Shown piece after piece: positions 26,906 to 41,200 of a stretch of DNA of 64,000 nt. The stretch is from the human T2T-CHM13v2.0 reference genome, Homo sapiens. Positions within the stretch are counted from its first letter, which is position 1, and each line of letters opens with the position of its first letter. Where the stretch lies: assembly GCF_009914755.1 (NCBI RefSeq), contig NC_060934.1. The stretch is one strand, 5' to 3'. Under the pieces are notes generated by a model. It saw nothing but the letters and a program-made list of their open reading frames with translations, was not told the DNA's origin and did not search any database. Made by a program: the position numbers and the translations under genes.

Positions 26906-27519
26906 GGAAAATTATTTCATTTCTCTGAAACTCCTGTTTTTATTGTAGTAGAATTCTTAAAATATTTTGAGAAGCCATAATTTTAGCATGGAGACACGCC
27001 AAAATGAAACAATATTTGTTTGTGCCTTTTGAAAGGAGCTACATGCTTTCCTACTCATTTCTTCCTCTTTATTTCTCAGATTTTGAATTTATTCCTGTTT
27101 ATTTTTAAAGTTCCTGGGTGTTAAGGTAGGTTTGTTCCAGGGAAGGATAGAGAAAAATCTAAGATCATTTCTTGAGAGCAGAAGAGAAATTTGTAAAGAA
27201 TTGAGCTATAGCTGAAGTCTACCCTCTTTGGTTAATAATTCACAGGGAATACAATGATGAACAGACTTTTTTTTTTAAAGTAATAATTTTGTTTCATAGG
27301 GTATTCTTTGTGAAGAATTTATGTAGACATATTCACAGAGCCTTGTTCTGTTTTCTTGGTCTGGGAACCAGTATATTTTAAGGAAGTTTCTTCTGTACAG
27401 TGCCTGTATTCTGGTGATGTTTTGTAAGCTTGTTTAAAGTTGTTCACTCTTACCACATCTGGCCATTTGAGTTTTACAGAGAGTTAGAGTCATGGCCTGA
27501 GCCTATTTTCCAGAAAGAT

Positions 27520-27900
27520 TTTTTAAATTTAATTTTTATATATTTTGGGAATACAGATGCAGATTTTTCACATGTGTATATTGTGTAGTGGTGAAATCTA
27601 GGCTTTTAGCATACCCATCACCTGAATAATGATCATTGTACCTATTGGTAAATTCTAAGCCCTCACCTCCTTCCCATCCTCCTACCTTTTGTAGTTTCCA
27701 GTGTCTGTTATTCCACTCTGTATGTCCAGCTGTACCCATTGTTTAGCTCCCACTTATAAGTGAGAGCATGTGGTATGTGACTTTCTGTTTCTGAGTTATT
27801 TCACTTATAATAATACCCTCTAGTTCCATGTTACTGTGAAAGACATGATCTCATTCTTTTTTATGGCTGAGTAATATTCCATGGTGTATGTGTATTTCCC
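27520..27900 (-). mobile_element. L1MA-type 3' end fragment
   Basis: gtttagctcccacttataagtgagagcatgtggtat and gacatgatctcattcttttttatggctgagtaatattcca. Confidence 0.85.
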
Positions 27901-28419
27901 ACACTTCCAGAAACAGTTTACCTGAAATCTCTCGGAGTAGGAATTTTTGGGTGTCACAATAAGAGTCGGAGATAGGAACACTGGATTAGAAGTCGGGATG
28001 AGTGTTAGTCTGGATTTATTTATTTTCACTAAATATGTTTTGGGTACCTACCAGCTAGTAATTTTAAATAAGATAATGGCATTTTTTTAAACCTTCCTGG
28101 AGAATTTGTTCCATTATTCTTTTAAATCTGGAAAATGTTCATATTTAATTATTATATCCCCTCCATTGTTTCTGTGCCCCTTTTCTAGAACTTCTAATAA
28201 TTGGCTGTTATATCTCTGTTGAGCCTCTTTTTCATTTTCTCTTTGTTTTCATTTATTTTTTAAACCTTTGTTCTTTTACCTTTTTTGGCCTTTTTTTTTT
28301 TTTTGAGAGATTTCATAGAGTTTATTTTTAAACCAGGCAATCACTTAACCCTTTATGGAAATTTCAAATATATTCACTTGTTATTTTCTGTCTTTTTTTC
28401 TTTCTTTCTTTCTTTAAGT

Positions 28420-29075
28420 AACCATCTTACTGGGCGTTAAGTGGTATTTTATTGTGGTTTTGATTCGCTTAGTCTCAAATGAGGTTGAACTTTTTTGTGT
28501 GTTTATTGTCTATTTGTATATCTTTAGAGAAATGTTTTTTCAAGTCTTTTGCCCATTTAACTGGGCTGTTTGTGTTTTTGTTGTTGAGTTGTAAGAGTTG
28601 TTTATATTTTCTTGATACCAGATTCTTATCAAATGTGTGAATTGCAAATATTTTCTCCCATTCTGTAGGCTTCTTGATAATGTCCTTTGATATACAAGTT
28701 TTTAATTTTTATGAAGTCCAGTTTATCTATTTTTGTTGTCATTGTTTATGCTCTTAATGTCGTATCAAAGAATTCATTACCAGTCCAAAGTAAAAGTCAC
28801 AAAGACTTATCCTTATGTTTTTGTTTCGTTTTGTTTTTTAAAAAAGTCGGGGTTTTGCTATGTTGCCCAGGCTGGTCTTGAACTCCTGGACTCAAGCAGT
28901 CTGCCTGCCTTGGCCTCCCGAAGTGCTAGAAATACAGATGTGAGCCACCGCACCCAGCCTCTTTTGTTTTTTTCCTGAGAGTTTTATGGTTTTAGTTCTT
29001 ATATTGAGGCCATTGATCCATTTTATGTTTTTGTATATGGTGTGAGGTAATGATCTGACTTCATTCTTTTGCCAT
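28420..29075 (-). mobile_element. L1M ORF2 fragment with a nested Alu monomer (about 28820-28958)
   Basis: gtggtattttattgtggttttgatt...ttgcaaatattttctcccattctgtagg. The FLAM-like insert reads ttgcccaggctggtcttgaactcctgg. Confidence 0.7.
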
Positions 29076-29098
29076 TGGTTGACAGTTTTTTTCTTTCA

Positions 29099-29418
<320 letters not shown>

Positions 29419-30257
29419 TGCCATCTGTAGCCGGGTGCCATGTCTCACACCTGTAATCTTAGTACTTTGGGAGGCTGAGGCAGGCAGATCGCTTGAACTG
29501 AATGAGAATGAAAATATATTTTATCAAAATTTGTAGAATGTAACTAAAGCAGTGCTTAGAAGGAAATTTATAGTGATGAATACTTGCATTAGAAAAGAAG
29601 AAGGGTCTCAAATCAGTAATCAAAGCTTGTACCTTAAGAAACTAGTAAAAAATCAAATTAATTCCAAATCAAGTAGAAGGAAGGAAATAATCAGGAAAAC
29701 AGAGATTAATGGAATTAAAAGCCCAAAAGTAATTGAGAAAAAGCAACGAAATTGAAAGGTGGTCTTTGAAAAGATCAATAAAATTGATAAACATTTAGCA
29801 AGACTGACAAAGGCATAGTGAAACAAAGATTACAGGGTTGAAGGAAAAAGATACCGCTACAAACTCCACAGACATTAAAAAGATAATGAGAGAAAACTAT
29901 GAGAAATTAAGCACATAAATTTTTACTACTTGAGTGGACCAATTCCTTAAAAGCACAAACTACTAAACTTCACCCAAGTTGAAATAGATAATTTGAATAG
30001 CCCTATAACCATTAAAGAATTTACTCTGTGGAAAAAAAAATTCCAAAAAAGATCTTGTCCACATGGTTTCACTGGCCAATTTTACCAAACAATTAATGAA
30101 GAAATAACAGTAATTCTACATAGACTTTTCCTGAAAGTAGAAGAAAATGGAAAGAGATCCCCAATTTATTTTACAAATCCAGCAATAACCTCACACTAAA
30201 ACCAGACAAATAAATTATATGAAAAGGAAACTGCAGTCCAATATCCCTCATTAACAT

Positions 30258-30823
30258 CGTAGTGCATGCTTGTAATTTTATGTGGCTTCAGCAGCCATTT
30301 CAAATGCAGGTTTAACTTTCTAGTGCCAGAGGCAGAGGCAGGCCATAGTCACCCTTGACACAGTTTCCAGTTCTATACTACACCCAAATGACAAGCTGGT
30401 GGCCAGAGGTAAGAATTGAGAGGCATGACTCCTGCCTAGCAGACAGCGTTCTCTTTCCCACAGCTTGCATTAAATGGACCATTCACTTATTTGCTAATGA
30501 ACTTAAAGTGACCACACCCTATTTCCCAATAGTACTAGTTGCCAAACTCTTTTTCTCTCTACCTGCTTGTGCTCCGCATGTGGCCTCAAGGCATTCCCTG
30601 TATGCTTCAAGTTCTGTAAGTACTTAAAAACTCTTAAATTTTCGCATTGTGTGTGTTTCATTGAAGCCATGTCCACAATCTGACCCATAACTGCAATGCC
30701 TGCCCTGAAGCGATCCATGCAAGTGAATACCGTATGAGCACTCTTTTGTCTGGGCCTCTGGTGGCTGCTGGTGACAGTAGCTCCCAGCCTGTGTTGACAG
30801 AGAAACTTGAAGAGTTTTATTCA
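30258..30823. mobile_element. Probable solo ERV LTR, family not identified, inserted in the L1
   Basis: About 565 bp of higher-GC sequence breaks the L1 at aatatccctcattaacat. Ends (c/t)gtagtg...ttattca. Possible 4-bp TSD acat / aaat. Confidence 0.5.
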
Positions 30824-30848
30824 AAATAAAGATAGTCTTAAAAGTCTT

Positions 30849-30954
30849 AATATAATGTCAGCATATTGAAACTAACATGTAAAAACAAAACAAAACAAAA
30901 ATATAATGTCAGCAAATTGAAACCAACATGTAAAACAATGAAACAAAACAAAAA
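30849..30954 (+). repeat. Tandem duplication, about 52-bp unit, two copies
   Basis: atataatgtcagca(t/a)attgaaac(t/c)aacatgtaaaa...caaaacaaaa occurs twice. Confidence 0.85.
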
Positions 30955-33159
30955 CCAAACACTATTTGCCAAATGGGCTTATCCTAGGAATGCAAGGTTG
31001 AAAATCGATCAGTATAATCTATCATGTTAACAGTCTTATGGGAAAACAAATCCTAACAATTGTTGGAGAAAAGACATTTCATTTAGCAAAATATAACATC
31101 AATTAATGACCTTTGCAAACTAATAGAAAATAACTTGACATCTTCAAAAAACCTACAGCTAACATTATGTTAATACTTAATGAAGAAAGATTAAATGCTT
31201 TTCTCCTAAATTCGAGAACAAGACAAATATGTCCATTCTCACCACTCTTATTCAATGTAGTTAATGAAGTTCAGCCAGTGTTATAAGCCAAGAGAAAGAA
31301 AGAAAAGGGATTTTTATTTTCAGATGACATTCTCTACGTGGAAGACTCAACATATTTAAGATGTCACTTCTTCCTAAATTTATAAAGACTTAATGCAATT
31401 TTTTCATCAAAACCCTGGAAATACTTTTTTGTAGATATAGACAGGCTTGTTCTAAAATTTATATAAAAAAGCAAGGGAACTAGAGTAGCTTACACAATTT
31501 TGAAAAATAAGAATAAAGTGGCAAGAATTACTCTACCTGATGTAAAGACTTAATAGTTACAGTCATCAAGAGAGCGTGGTATTGGCAGAAGCATAGACAC
31601 ATAGATCAATGGAACGGAATAGAGAACCCTGAAGTAGACCTACACAAATATGCCCAAGTGATTTTTGAAAAAGGTTTAGAGGCAGTTTTAACAAATAGTA
31701 CTGAAACAATTGGATATCCATAGGTAAAACAAAGTAAAACAAAATAAATCTCAACCTAAACCTCTCACCACCTATTAAAATTAATTCAGAATGGATCATC
31801 GATCATATAAAATGTGAACTATGAAACTTTAAAAGAAATATAGAAGAAAATCGTTAGGAACTAGGGCTAAGCAAAGAGTTCTTTGATATTAAAAACATAA
31901 TCCATAAGAAAGAAATTGACAAATTGAACCTCATTAAAAGAAAAAATGTTTGCATTGCAAAAAACTCTATTAAGAGGATGAAAACAAGCTACAGCGTGGG
32001 AGAAGAACTTTGCAAACCATATATCTGACAAAGTTCTCGTGTCCAAAATATCTAACAAACTCTGAAGTTGAACAATACAAAATATCAGCAATTTAATTAG
32101 AAAAGGAGTAAGAGACTTTGACATTTCACCAAAGAGGAGATATGGATGGGAAATAAGGACATGGAAAGACATTCATCATAATTAACCCTTAGGAAATTGC
32201 AAATTAAAATCACATTCTATACACCTATAGAATAACCAATATAAAAAATTGTGATAAAACCAAATGCTAGTGAAAATGCCGAGAAACAACATTTCTTATA
32301 TTTCTGATGGAAATTAAAATGGTTCAGCTGGAAAAAATATATACAAATGCTCCAAGCTAAATAAATTGGGCTGGAAAAAGCCTCTTTGTGCTCTAGAAGA
32401 TAACAAATGAGAGACAGAGTTTGTCTTTGTTCAGATTATGGAAAATAATTCAAAAGTTACAGATTTAGAGAGGGAATACACCTTGAATTCATTTCTAAAC
32501 CAACAATCTTTGAAAATAGGGTTGCCATCTTGATTTTCTGGTCCAGATCACAAGGGAGTAAGACTAGCTTTAAATTTAACATTCATTACCCAGGTTGCTC
32601 TGTAGCCAGATGCCAAAGGGTCACATCCTGTGGCACACAAGGAGCCACCTCTGTTCTGATTTCATTAAACTCCCCTGAAATCCACAGGATACACAGGGGG
32701 CTCCATGCCTTGATCCTCAGTATCAAATGACTGTAATTTCACTATGCCAACCCCTTCGAAACAAACTTACCCCTCCAGTTCCTTTTGTTGATGGGGAAGC
32801 AGGTTGGAGTATTCTCAGCTTACTAACAAAGTTGTTTAAGGAGTCTTCTTAGTCCTTTGACCTATTGCTCCCATTTTCTTGATTTTAAGTGTTGTTTAAT
32901 ATTGGACAGGATTAGTCATGCAAATACTTAAAAGTGAGTGGACAGGAAGCAAGCATATGCCACTGGTACAAACGGGATATGGAGCTCAAGCTGCTTGATT
33001 TTGTTTCACACTAAATGAAATTAGTGCTTGTTTAGGACAAACCTGGTGGGCCACCACAGTCGAGCATGTTTGTCCGATTAGCTAGTGAACTACTAAATGT
33101 GTGTTCTGTTCCAATTGGATCATTGTCCTCAAAAGTCAATTTTTAAAAGTTTGACTTAA

Positions 33160-34910
33160 AAAAAACAAGATTCCTATAACTAATAAGTGAGTTTAGCAAT
33201 GTTGCAAGATACAAAATCAATGCACACAATTCTTGTTTCTCTGTATCATCAATGACTAGTTATAAACTTGAGTAAATATAACAATGTTGTTTATAAGATC
33301 TACCAAAACACTTAGGTATAAATCTAACAAAGTCTATACTGAAGAGTATAGGGATCTTATGAAAGAAATTACAGAAGATCTAAATAAAAATATGACCTAC
33401 ATAAATACATAAAGTAATGTGGTGTTCATGAATTGGAAGACTCAGTGTAGTGAAGACATCACTCCATCCCAAAGTGATGCAATACCAATCAGAATCCCAG
33501 CAGGAGTACCAATATGTTTTGTTGGAAAAAGCAGAACAAAGCTGGAGGAATTGTACTAACCCATTTTAAAGCTACAGCAATCAGGACACTGTAACATTGA
33601 CAAAGGGACAGTCAGGTAAATCAATGGAACGTAATAGAGGCTCCAGAAAAGAAATGGAACCACATAAAGATGGCCTGTGGATCTTTGACAAAGATGTAAA
33701 AGAAACTCAGTGGAGAAATCTTTCAACAAATGTTGTTGGAACCATTTGATCGTTCATATATTAAAAAACAAAAATTGAACTTTGACTAAAATTTTACATC
33801 TTATTCAGAAATTATTCCAAAATCGATCTTTGGTGTAATTGTGAAGTGTAAAACTGTAAGAAAACATTTTAAAATACTATGACCTGGAGATTAGGTGAAA
33901 AGTTATTAGAAATTATGCCAAAAGCATGATCCATAAAAAATTAACTGGATTACATTAAATTAAAAACCTTTGTTATACCAAAGATACTGTCAAGAAACAA
34001 TAAAAAGTTAAATTACAGACTAGGAGAAAATATTTGTGACTCACATATCTGTCAAAAGACTTTTATCCAGAATGTATAAAGAACTCTTAAAAGTCAGCAA
34101 TAAGTAAGTAGACAACCCAAATAAAAAAATGTATAAGAGACCTGAATAGACACTTTATCAAAAAGGATGTAAGAGTGGCACATAAACATGTAAAAGTGTG
34201 TTCAACATCATTAGCAAATTCAGGCCATGCTGAGACACCACTGCACACCTATTAGAAGAGCTAAAATAAAGATTACTGACAGTAACTAAGGGCTGTTGAG
34301 GATGCGGAGCAACTAGAAGTCTCATTCATTGCTGATTGATATGTGGAATGTTACAGCAACTCTGGGAAATGACCTAGCAGTTTCTTGAGAAGTAAACATA
34401 CACTCACTGTATCATCTAGCAGTCCTACTCCTGGGTATTTACCATAGAAAAATGAGAGCTTATATTCACACAAAAAGTTGTACATGCATGCTTATAATAA
34501 CTTCATGTATAGTAGTTAAAAACTAGAAAGAATCGAAATATCCTTCATTAGTAAACTGGTACACAAACTGTACATTCGCAGTGGAATAGTACTCAGCAGT
34601 AAAAAGAAACCAATGAACCTTAAAGGCATTATGCCGAGTGAATGAAGTCATTCTCAAAATGTTACATGCTGTATGATTCCATTTATATGATATTCTTGAA
34701 AGACAAAACTATGGTGATGGAGAACAGATCAGTGTTTGACAGAAGGTATGGATGGGAGGAGGGTGTAACTATAACTGGATAGTGTGAGGGACTTCTTCGA
34801 GGGTGAAGAAACTGTTCTGCATCCTAATTGCGTAGGTGTTTACACATCTATTTGTGCTTTAAAATTTATAAACTATACCCCCCAAAATTAATTTTACAGT
34901 GTAATTAAAC
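33160..34910 (+). mobile_element. Old L1M (MC/MD/ME-type) ORF2 3' part and 3'UTR
   Basis: gcaagatacaaaatcaat, ggagaaaatatttgtgactcacatatctg, tgtatgattccatttatatga...ggagaacagatcagtg. Confidence 0.8.
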
Positions 34911-35741
34911 TAATGATGGTGTCATTCATTTGTCAGAAACATTTGTAGTGGAGGAGATATGTGTGAAGGAAGCACTGACCCACCGTCTCACAGTTCACTC
35001 TATTTGAATAGAAATGTGTTCTCAAAGTCCAAGGAAGTTCTATGGTAAACCTGCTCATATGTGCTCAGAGTTTTAATTCCAGTCAGTCTTACGGGAAGCC
35101 TCTGGAAGCCAGAGAATATACATATTTGGGTTTTCATTGTCATACTCCCAAGTAATGATTGCATTTTAATGGTCTACTAAGGAAAACAGGTCTATATGGA
35201 TGTTGGCTCCCAATAAGTGCAGGACTGCCAGTTAGAGAAAGAGGCTGCCACAACAAACAGGGAATAGAAACTCTTTCCCACATTAACCAATTTCCGCACT
35301 GCGTGGTTTCCTCTTTTCCTGTAAAAATGCAGTTTCTACCCTGTGCAGATGATTTCTAAGCTGGTGAAGAAAAGTTAGAGTAAGTTAATTTTTTTTTCTC
35401 CTATTACCTGAACCCTTACTCTAATTCTAATGATATCTGTGATGTCACTCTTCTCAAAATCTGATGTTAAACATAGACCTCCCCAAAAGATGGACAAGGG
35501 AAGAATTGCCTAAAGCAGATGTTAGAATTCAGTAATCTTACTCTACGGTGTTTTGTCAGACTTACTGTTCAACATCTTCTGGTTGTCATCTATTTGGTAA
35601 TGACTCCCACAATTTAAATCTCTTTGCTTAACCTAGACCCCTATATTCAGTTGTCCTTTGAATTTGTCTTCTCAAAGATGCAGCATGCACATCAAAATAA
35701 TTGGGCTTCAAAACTATGTATTCTTTTACATTCTACCAGAT

Positions 35742-35901
35742 TTGGCCTTCCTTTTTGGTTTTGCTTCCATTATTGTTTTATTTATTTAATCTTTTCCAGC
35801 TTTATTGAGGTTGACTTTCCTTTTTTTGTTTTGCTTCCATCATTTGTTTTATTTACTTGTTTAATCTTTTCCAGCTTTATTTAGGTTGGCCTTCCTTTTT
35901 T
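35742..35901 (+). repeat. Tandem duplication, about 70-bp unit, about 2.2 copies
   Basis: ttggccttcctttt...gttttgcttccat...tttaatcttttccagctttatt(g/t)agg is repeated. Confidence 0.85.
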
Positions 35902-36293
35902 ATGCTATATTTTAGTTAATAAGCATCATACATTTGTTTCTCAAGCCAGGAGCTAAGGAGTCATCCATGGCTTCTTGCTTACTTCTCAGTTAACTTTCGT
36001 CCTGTAGAGTCTAACTCCTCAGTGTGTTTCATTACTGCTTATTCTTTGTTCTCACTGACACTGATTAGTATCAGGCCACTGACATATGCCACATGGATTC
36101 TGCAATAGCAACAAAACTGGTTTTTCTGTCTCACTTAAATCCATTCTCTGCACTGCAGCCAGAATAATACTTCTCTAGTGCAAATCTCAATTTGTCACTT
36201 TTTAAAACTCTTTAGTTTTGTTTACCTGGGCATATCCTGTACCCAGGTTAGTGCTTTGCATATATTAGTAGTGTTATTTGTAAATTATTGAGA

Positions 36294-36570
36294 ATGTTAT
36301 TCTGGATCAATGCCTAGCCCCCCAAATTGGCTGGCTGCCAAGACTGATGGTACCACACATGTACCAAAAGTATTTGAAAAGACTTAACTCACAAAATGAG
36401 ACTTTCTGGGGAGAACAGGGCAGTCACCCACACTGGTTCACAATGGTTTGCATGGAGGGGAGGGGCGGGTGGCACTGATATTTGTCATGGTTAGTGAATG
36501 GGCTGGGTTGAAGGTTCCCACATGGCAGGCTGGTTTTGTGTGATTTGAACTTCCCAGGGGTGCCAGGACT
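36294..36570. mobile_element. Partial LTR, MER76-like
   Basis: tgtta...ccccccaaattggctggctgccaagactgatggtaccacacat resembles the recalled MER76 consensus. Confidence 0.45.
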
Positions 36571-37434
36571 TAATCCAACATGAAGTTTTACTTATTATAA
36601 AAGCCCTATGTCCTTTTTACATAAAGGAAAAATTTATTATTACAGAAAAGTAAAAAAAAAAATTAAAAACATAAGTATGTGATTACGTTGTCACATATTG
36701 GAAGATTATACTTGTCCTTCAGTTTATCACCTGCCAGATATTTGAATGTATTTTTCAGCATTAAAATTGTAGTCATATTGTGCATATGTAATCTGCTTAT
36801 TTTCTTCTCCCCCATTTTACAGAGTGGATCTTTATCTAATGAGAGGAATGTTTGAAACATCATAAATAAGGATTTATTTATATATGTTTGATTTTCTTTT
36901 TTTCCTCTCTCTCCCTCCATTTTTTGCCTCTCTTCCTTCCTTCCTTCTTTCCTTCCGTGTTCCTCTTCCCCTTTCCTTTTCGACTGGGCTTTTTTAGTAA
37001 CTTCATAGAGTGATATAATTATTCTGTCACCTTTACATTCATTAGAGTAGGCTCACTCCCATTCTTTGAGGCTGTATTTTTTAACCATTCATTATAAAAT
37101 GAAAGGTACAGAAAATCACATAAAATGTAGCATTTAGTTGGTTATTAAAAGTTTGGCATCTTTTTAACAGTGGTGACAGTTCTCCTTTCACTGATTCAGT
37201 GCTGCTCAGCAGGCCCTGCTCTGGACTTAGAGCACAACACTATATTGCTTTGGATTCTTTGCCGTGGCCTTAATTGTCAGATCTGGCCCAGGGTACCCAA
37301 CACTGTCTTGTTTCACACATACTCAGACACACATACACAAACAGCCAAATGTTTCTTGAGAGGATATGATTTTGGGGGGAATGAAATTACTTATAATGCT
37401 TATTGTGATAAATGAGAAAACATAGGTACTGTAA

Positions 37435-37930
<496 letters not shown>

Positions 37931-38239
37931 AGAAATCTCATATTTCTAAAAGTTAATCTGTATTTTGGTTTCTTTCCAAGTATTTTCTATGTATATTATA
38001 GTGTTTTTATTTTCATAAAATGGTTAATTCTGTACATGCTGTTTTAGATAACTGCTTGATTGCTCTCTTTTTTTTTTTCTTAAACCAGTTAACTTCTAGT
38101 TCTTTAACACAGAACTATGTTCAAATGGAAAACATTTGTGAAGAAGCATAAGGAACATTTTGGAGTTAATGTATATGTTTGTTGTCTTGATTTTGATGAT
38201 GTTTCCGTACCATGACTGTAATGTCAACATTTATCAGTT

Positions 38240-41200
38240 TATTTTTCTTCGACTTTTATTTAAGTTTATGGGTACATGTACAGGACATGCAGGTTTCTTA
38301 CACATGTAAATGTGTGCCATGGTGGTTTGCTGCACAGATAATTCTATCATCCAGGTATTAAGCCCAGCATCCATTAGTTATTCTTCCTGATCCAATCCCT
38401 CCTCCCACCCCCTGCCCTCTGCTAGGTCCCAGTGCATGTTGTTCCCTGCAATGTGTCCATGTGTTCCCATCATTCAGCTCCCACATGTAAGTGAGAACGT
38501 GCGGTCTTTGGTTTTCTGTTCCTGCGTTAGTTTGATGAGGATGTCTTCCAACTCTAATGATGTCCTTGCAAAGGACATGATCTCATTCCATTTTGTGGTT
38601 GCATAGTATTCCACGGTGTATATGTACCACAGTTTCTTTATCTGGTCTGTTATTAATGGGAATTTAGGTTGATTCCATGTCTCTGCTACTGTGAATAGTG
38701 CTGTAATGAACATATGCATGCATGTATCTTTATATAATAGAATTATTTATATTTCTTCAATTATATATCCAGTAATGGGATTACTGGGTCAAATGGCATG
38801 TCTGCCCCTAGGTCTTTGAGGAATTACCACACCATCTATCACAATGGTTGAACTAATTTATACTTCCACCAACAGTGTAAAAGTGTTCCTTTTTCTCCAC
38901 AGCCATACCAGCATCTGTTGATTTTTGACTTTTCAATAATAGCCATTCTGACTGGTGTGAGATGGTATCTCATTTTGGTTTTTATTTGCATTTCTCTAAT
39001 GATCATTGATGTTGAGCTTTTCTTCATCTTTGTTGGCTGCATGTATGTCTTCTTTTGAGAAGTGTCTGTTCATGTCCTTTGCCCATGTTTTATTGGGATT
39101 GTTTGCTTATTTTCTAGTAAATTTGCTTAAGTTTCTTGTAGAGTCTAGTGACTAGACCTTTGTCAGACGGATAGATTGCAAAAATTTTTCTCCCATTCCA
39201 TAGGTTGTCTGTTCACCCTTATGATAGTTTCCTTTGCTGTGCAGAAGCTCTTAATTAGATCCCATTTGTCAATTTTTGCTTTTGTTGTAATGCTTTTGGC
39301 ATTCTCATCATGAAGTATTTGCCTGTGCCTAAATCTTTACCTGAATGGTATTGCCTAGATTTTCTTCTAGGGTTTTTATAGTTTTGGGTTTTACATTTAA
39401 GTCTTTAATCCATCTTGAGTTAATTTTTATGTGTAGTGTAAGGAAGAAGTCCAGTTTCAATTTTCTGCGTATGACCAGCCAGTTCTTCCAGCACCATTTA
39501 TTAAATAGGGTGTCCTTTCTCTGTTGCTTGTTTCTGTCAGGTTTGTGGAAAATCATATGGTTATAGGTGTGCAGTCTTATTTCTGAGTTCTCTATTCTGC
39601 TCCGTTGGTCTATGTATCTATTCTTATACCAGTACCGTGCTGTTTTGGTTACTGTAGCCTTGTCTGTAAAGTGAGGTAGCATGATGCCACCAGAATCTGG
39701 GTGCTCCTGTATATAGGCTCCTGGGTGCCTATATATTTAGTTCTTTTTGCTTAGGATTGTCTTGGCTGTTTGGGCTCTTTTTTGGTTCCATATGAATTTT
39801 AAAATAGTTTTTTTCTAATTCTGTGAAGAATGTCAATGGTAGTTTAATGGGAATAACATTGAATCTATAAATTCGTTTCGGCAGTATGGCCATTTTCATG
39901 ATATTGATTTTACCAACCATCCATGAGTGTGGAATGGTTTTCCATTTGTTTGTTTCCTCTCTGATTTCTTTGAGCAGTGGTTTGTAGTTATCCTTGAAGA
40001 GGTTCTTTACTTCCATTGTTAGCTGTGTTAATACGTACGTATTCTCTTCTTTTTGTGGCAGTTATGAATGGGACTTCATTCATGATTTGGTTCTCAGCTT
40101 GCCGGTTGTTGGTGTTTAGGGATGCTATCCATTTTTGCACACTGATTTTGTATCCTGAGACTTTGCTGAAGTTGCTTATCAGTTTAAGAAGCTTTGGGGC
40201 TAAGATGATGGGGTTTTCTAGATATAGAATTATCTCATCTGCAAACAAAGATAATTTGACTTCTTCTCTTCCTATTTGAATACCTTTCATTTCTTTCTCT
40301 TGACTGATTGCCCTGGCCAGAACTTCCAGTACTATGTTGAATAGGAGTGGTGAGAGAGGGCATCCTTGTCTTGTGCTGGTTTTCAAGGGGAACGCCTCCA
40401 GCTTTTGCCCTTTCAGTATGATATTGGTTGTGGGTTTGTCATATATGGCTCTTATTATTTTGAGGTATGTTCCTTCACTGCCTAGTTTATTGAGTGTTTT
40501 TAACATGAAGAGATGTTGAATTTTATCGAGGGTCTTTTCTGCATTTATTGAGATAGTCATGTGGTTTTTGTCTTTAGTTTTGTTTATGTGATAAATCACA
40601 TTTATTGATTTGCGTATGTTGAAACAGGCCTTGCATCCCAGGTGGATAAGCTTTTTGATGTGCTACTGCCTTCTGTTTGCCAGTATTTTGTTGAAGATCT
40701 TTGCATTTATGTTCATCAAGGATATTGGCCTAAAGTTTTCTTTTTTTTTATTGTATCTCTGCCAGGTTTTGGTATCAGGATGATGGTGACCTCATAGAAT
40801 GAGTTAGGGAGGAGTCCCTCCTTTTTAATTTTTTTGAATAGTTTTAAGTAGAACTGCTACCAGCTCTTCTTTGTGTACCTCTGATAGAATTCAGATGTGA
40901 ATCTGTCTAGTCATGGGCTTTTTTTTTTGGTTGGTGGGCTATTTATTACTGGCTCAATTTTAGAGCTCGTTATTGGTCTGTTCAGGGAATCAGTTTCTTC
41001 CTGGTTCAGTCTTGGGAGGGTTGTTGGGGTGATCAGACCCAACAGCAGGTCGTGGGGGGACGAAGTCTGGTGGAATCAAAGGAATGAGAAAAAGACAGTT
41101 TGAGAGAGAAAGTGGGACCAGGGGGCCATTGTGAATGTGGAGGCTGTGAAGGCCCTGAGTTCTGGGAGCCCATGCTATTTATTGGTGCTCAAAGAGACAG

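Larger units (their letters stand above)
29499..32330 (+). mobile_element. Old L1M ORF2 fragment, interrupted by an LTR-like insert
   Basis: A-rich, with ORF2-like peptides (LRRKFIVMNTCIRKEE, PHGFTGQFYQT) and motif acacatagatcaatggaacggaatagaga. Confidence 0.8.
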
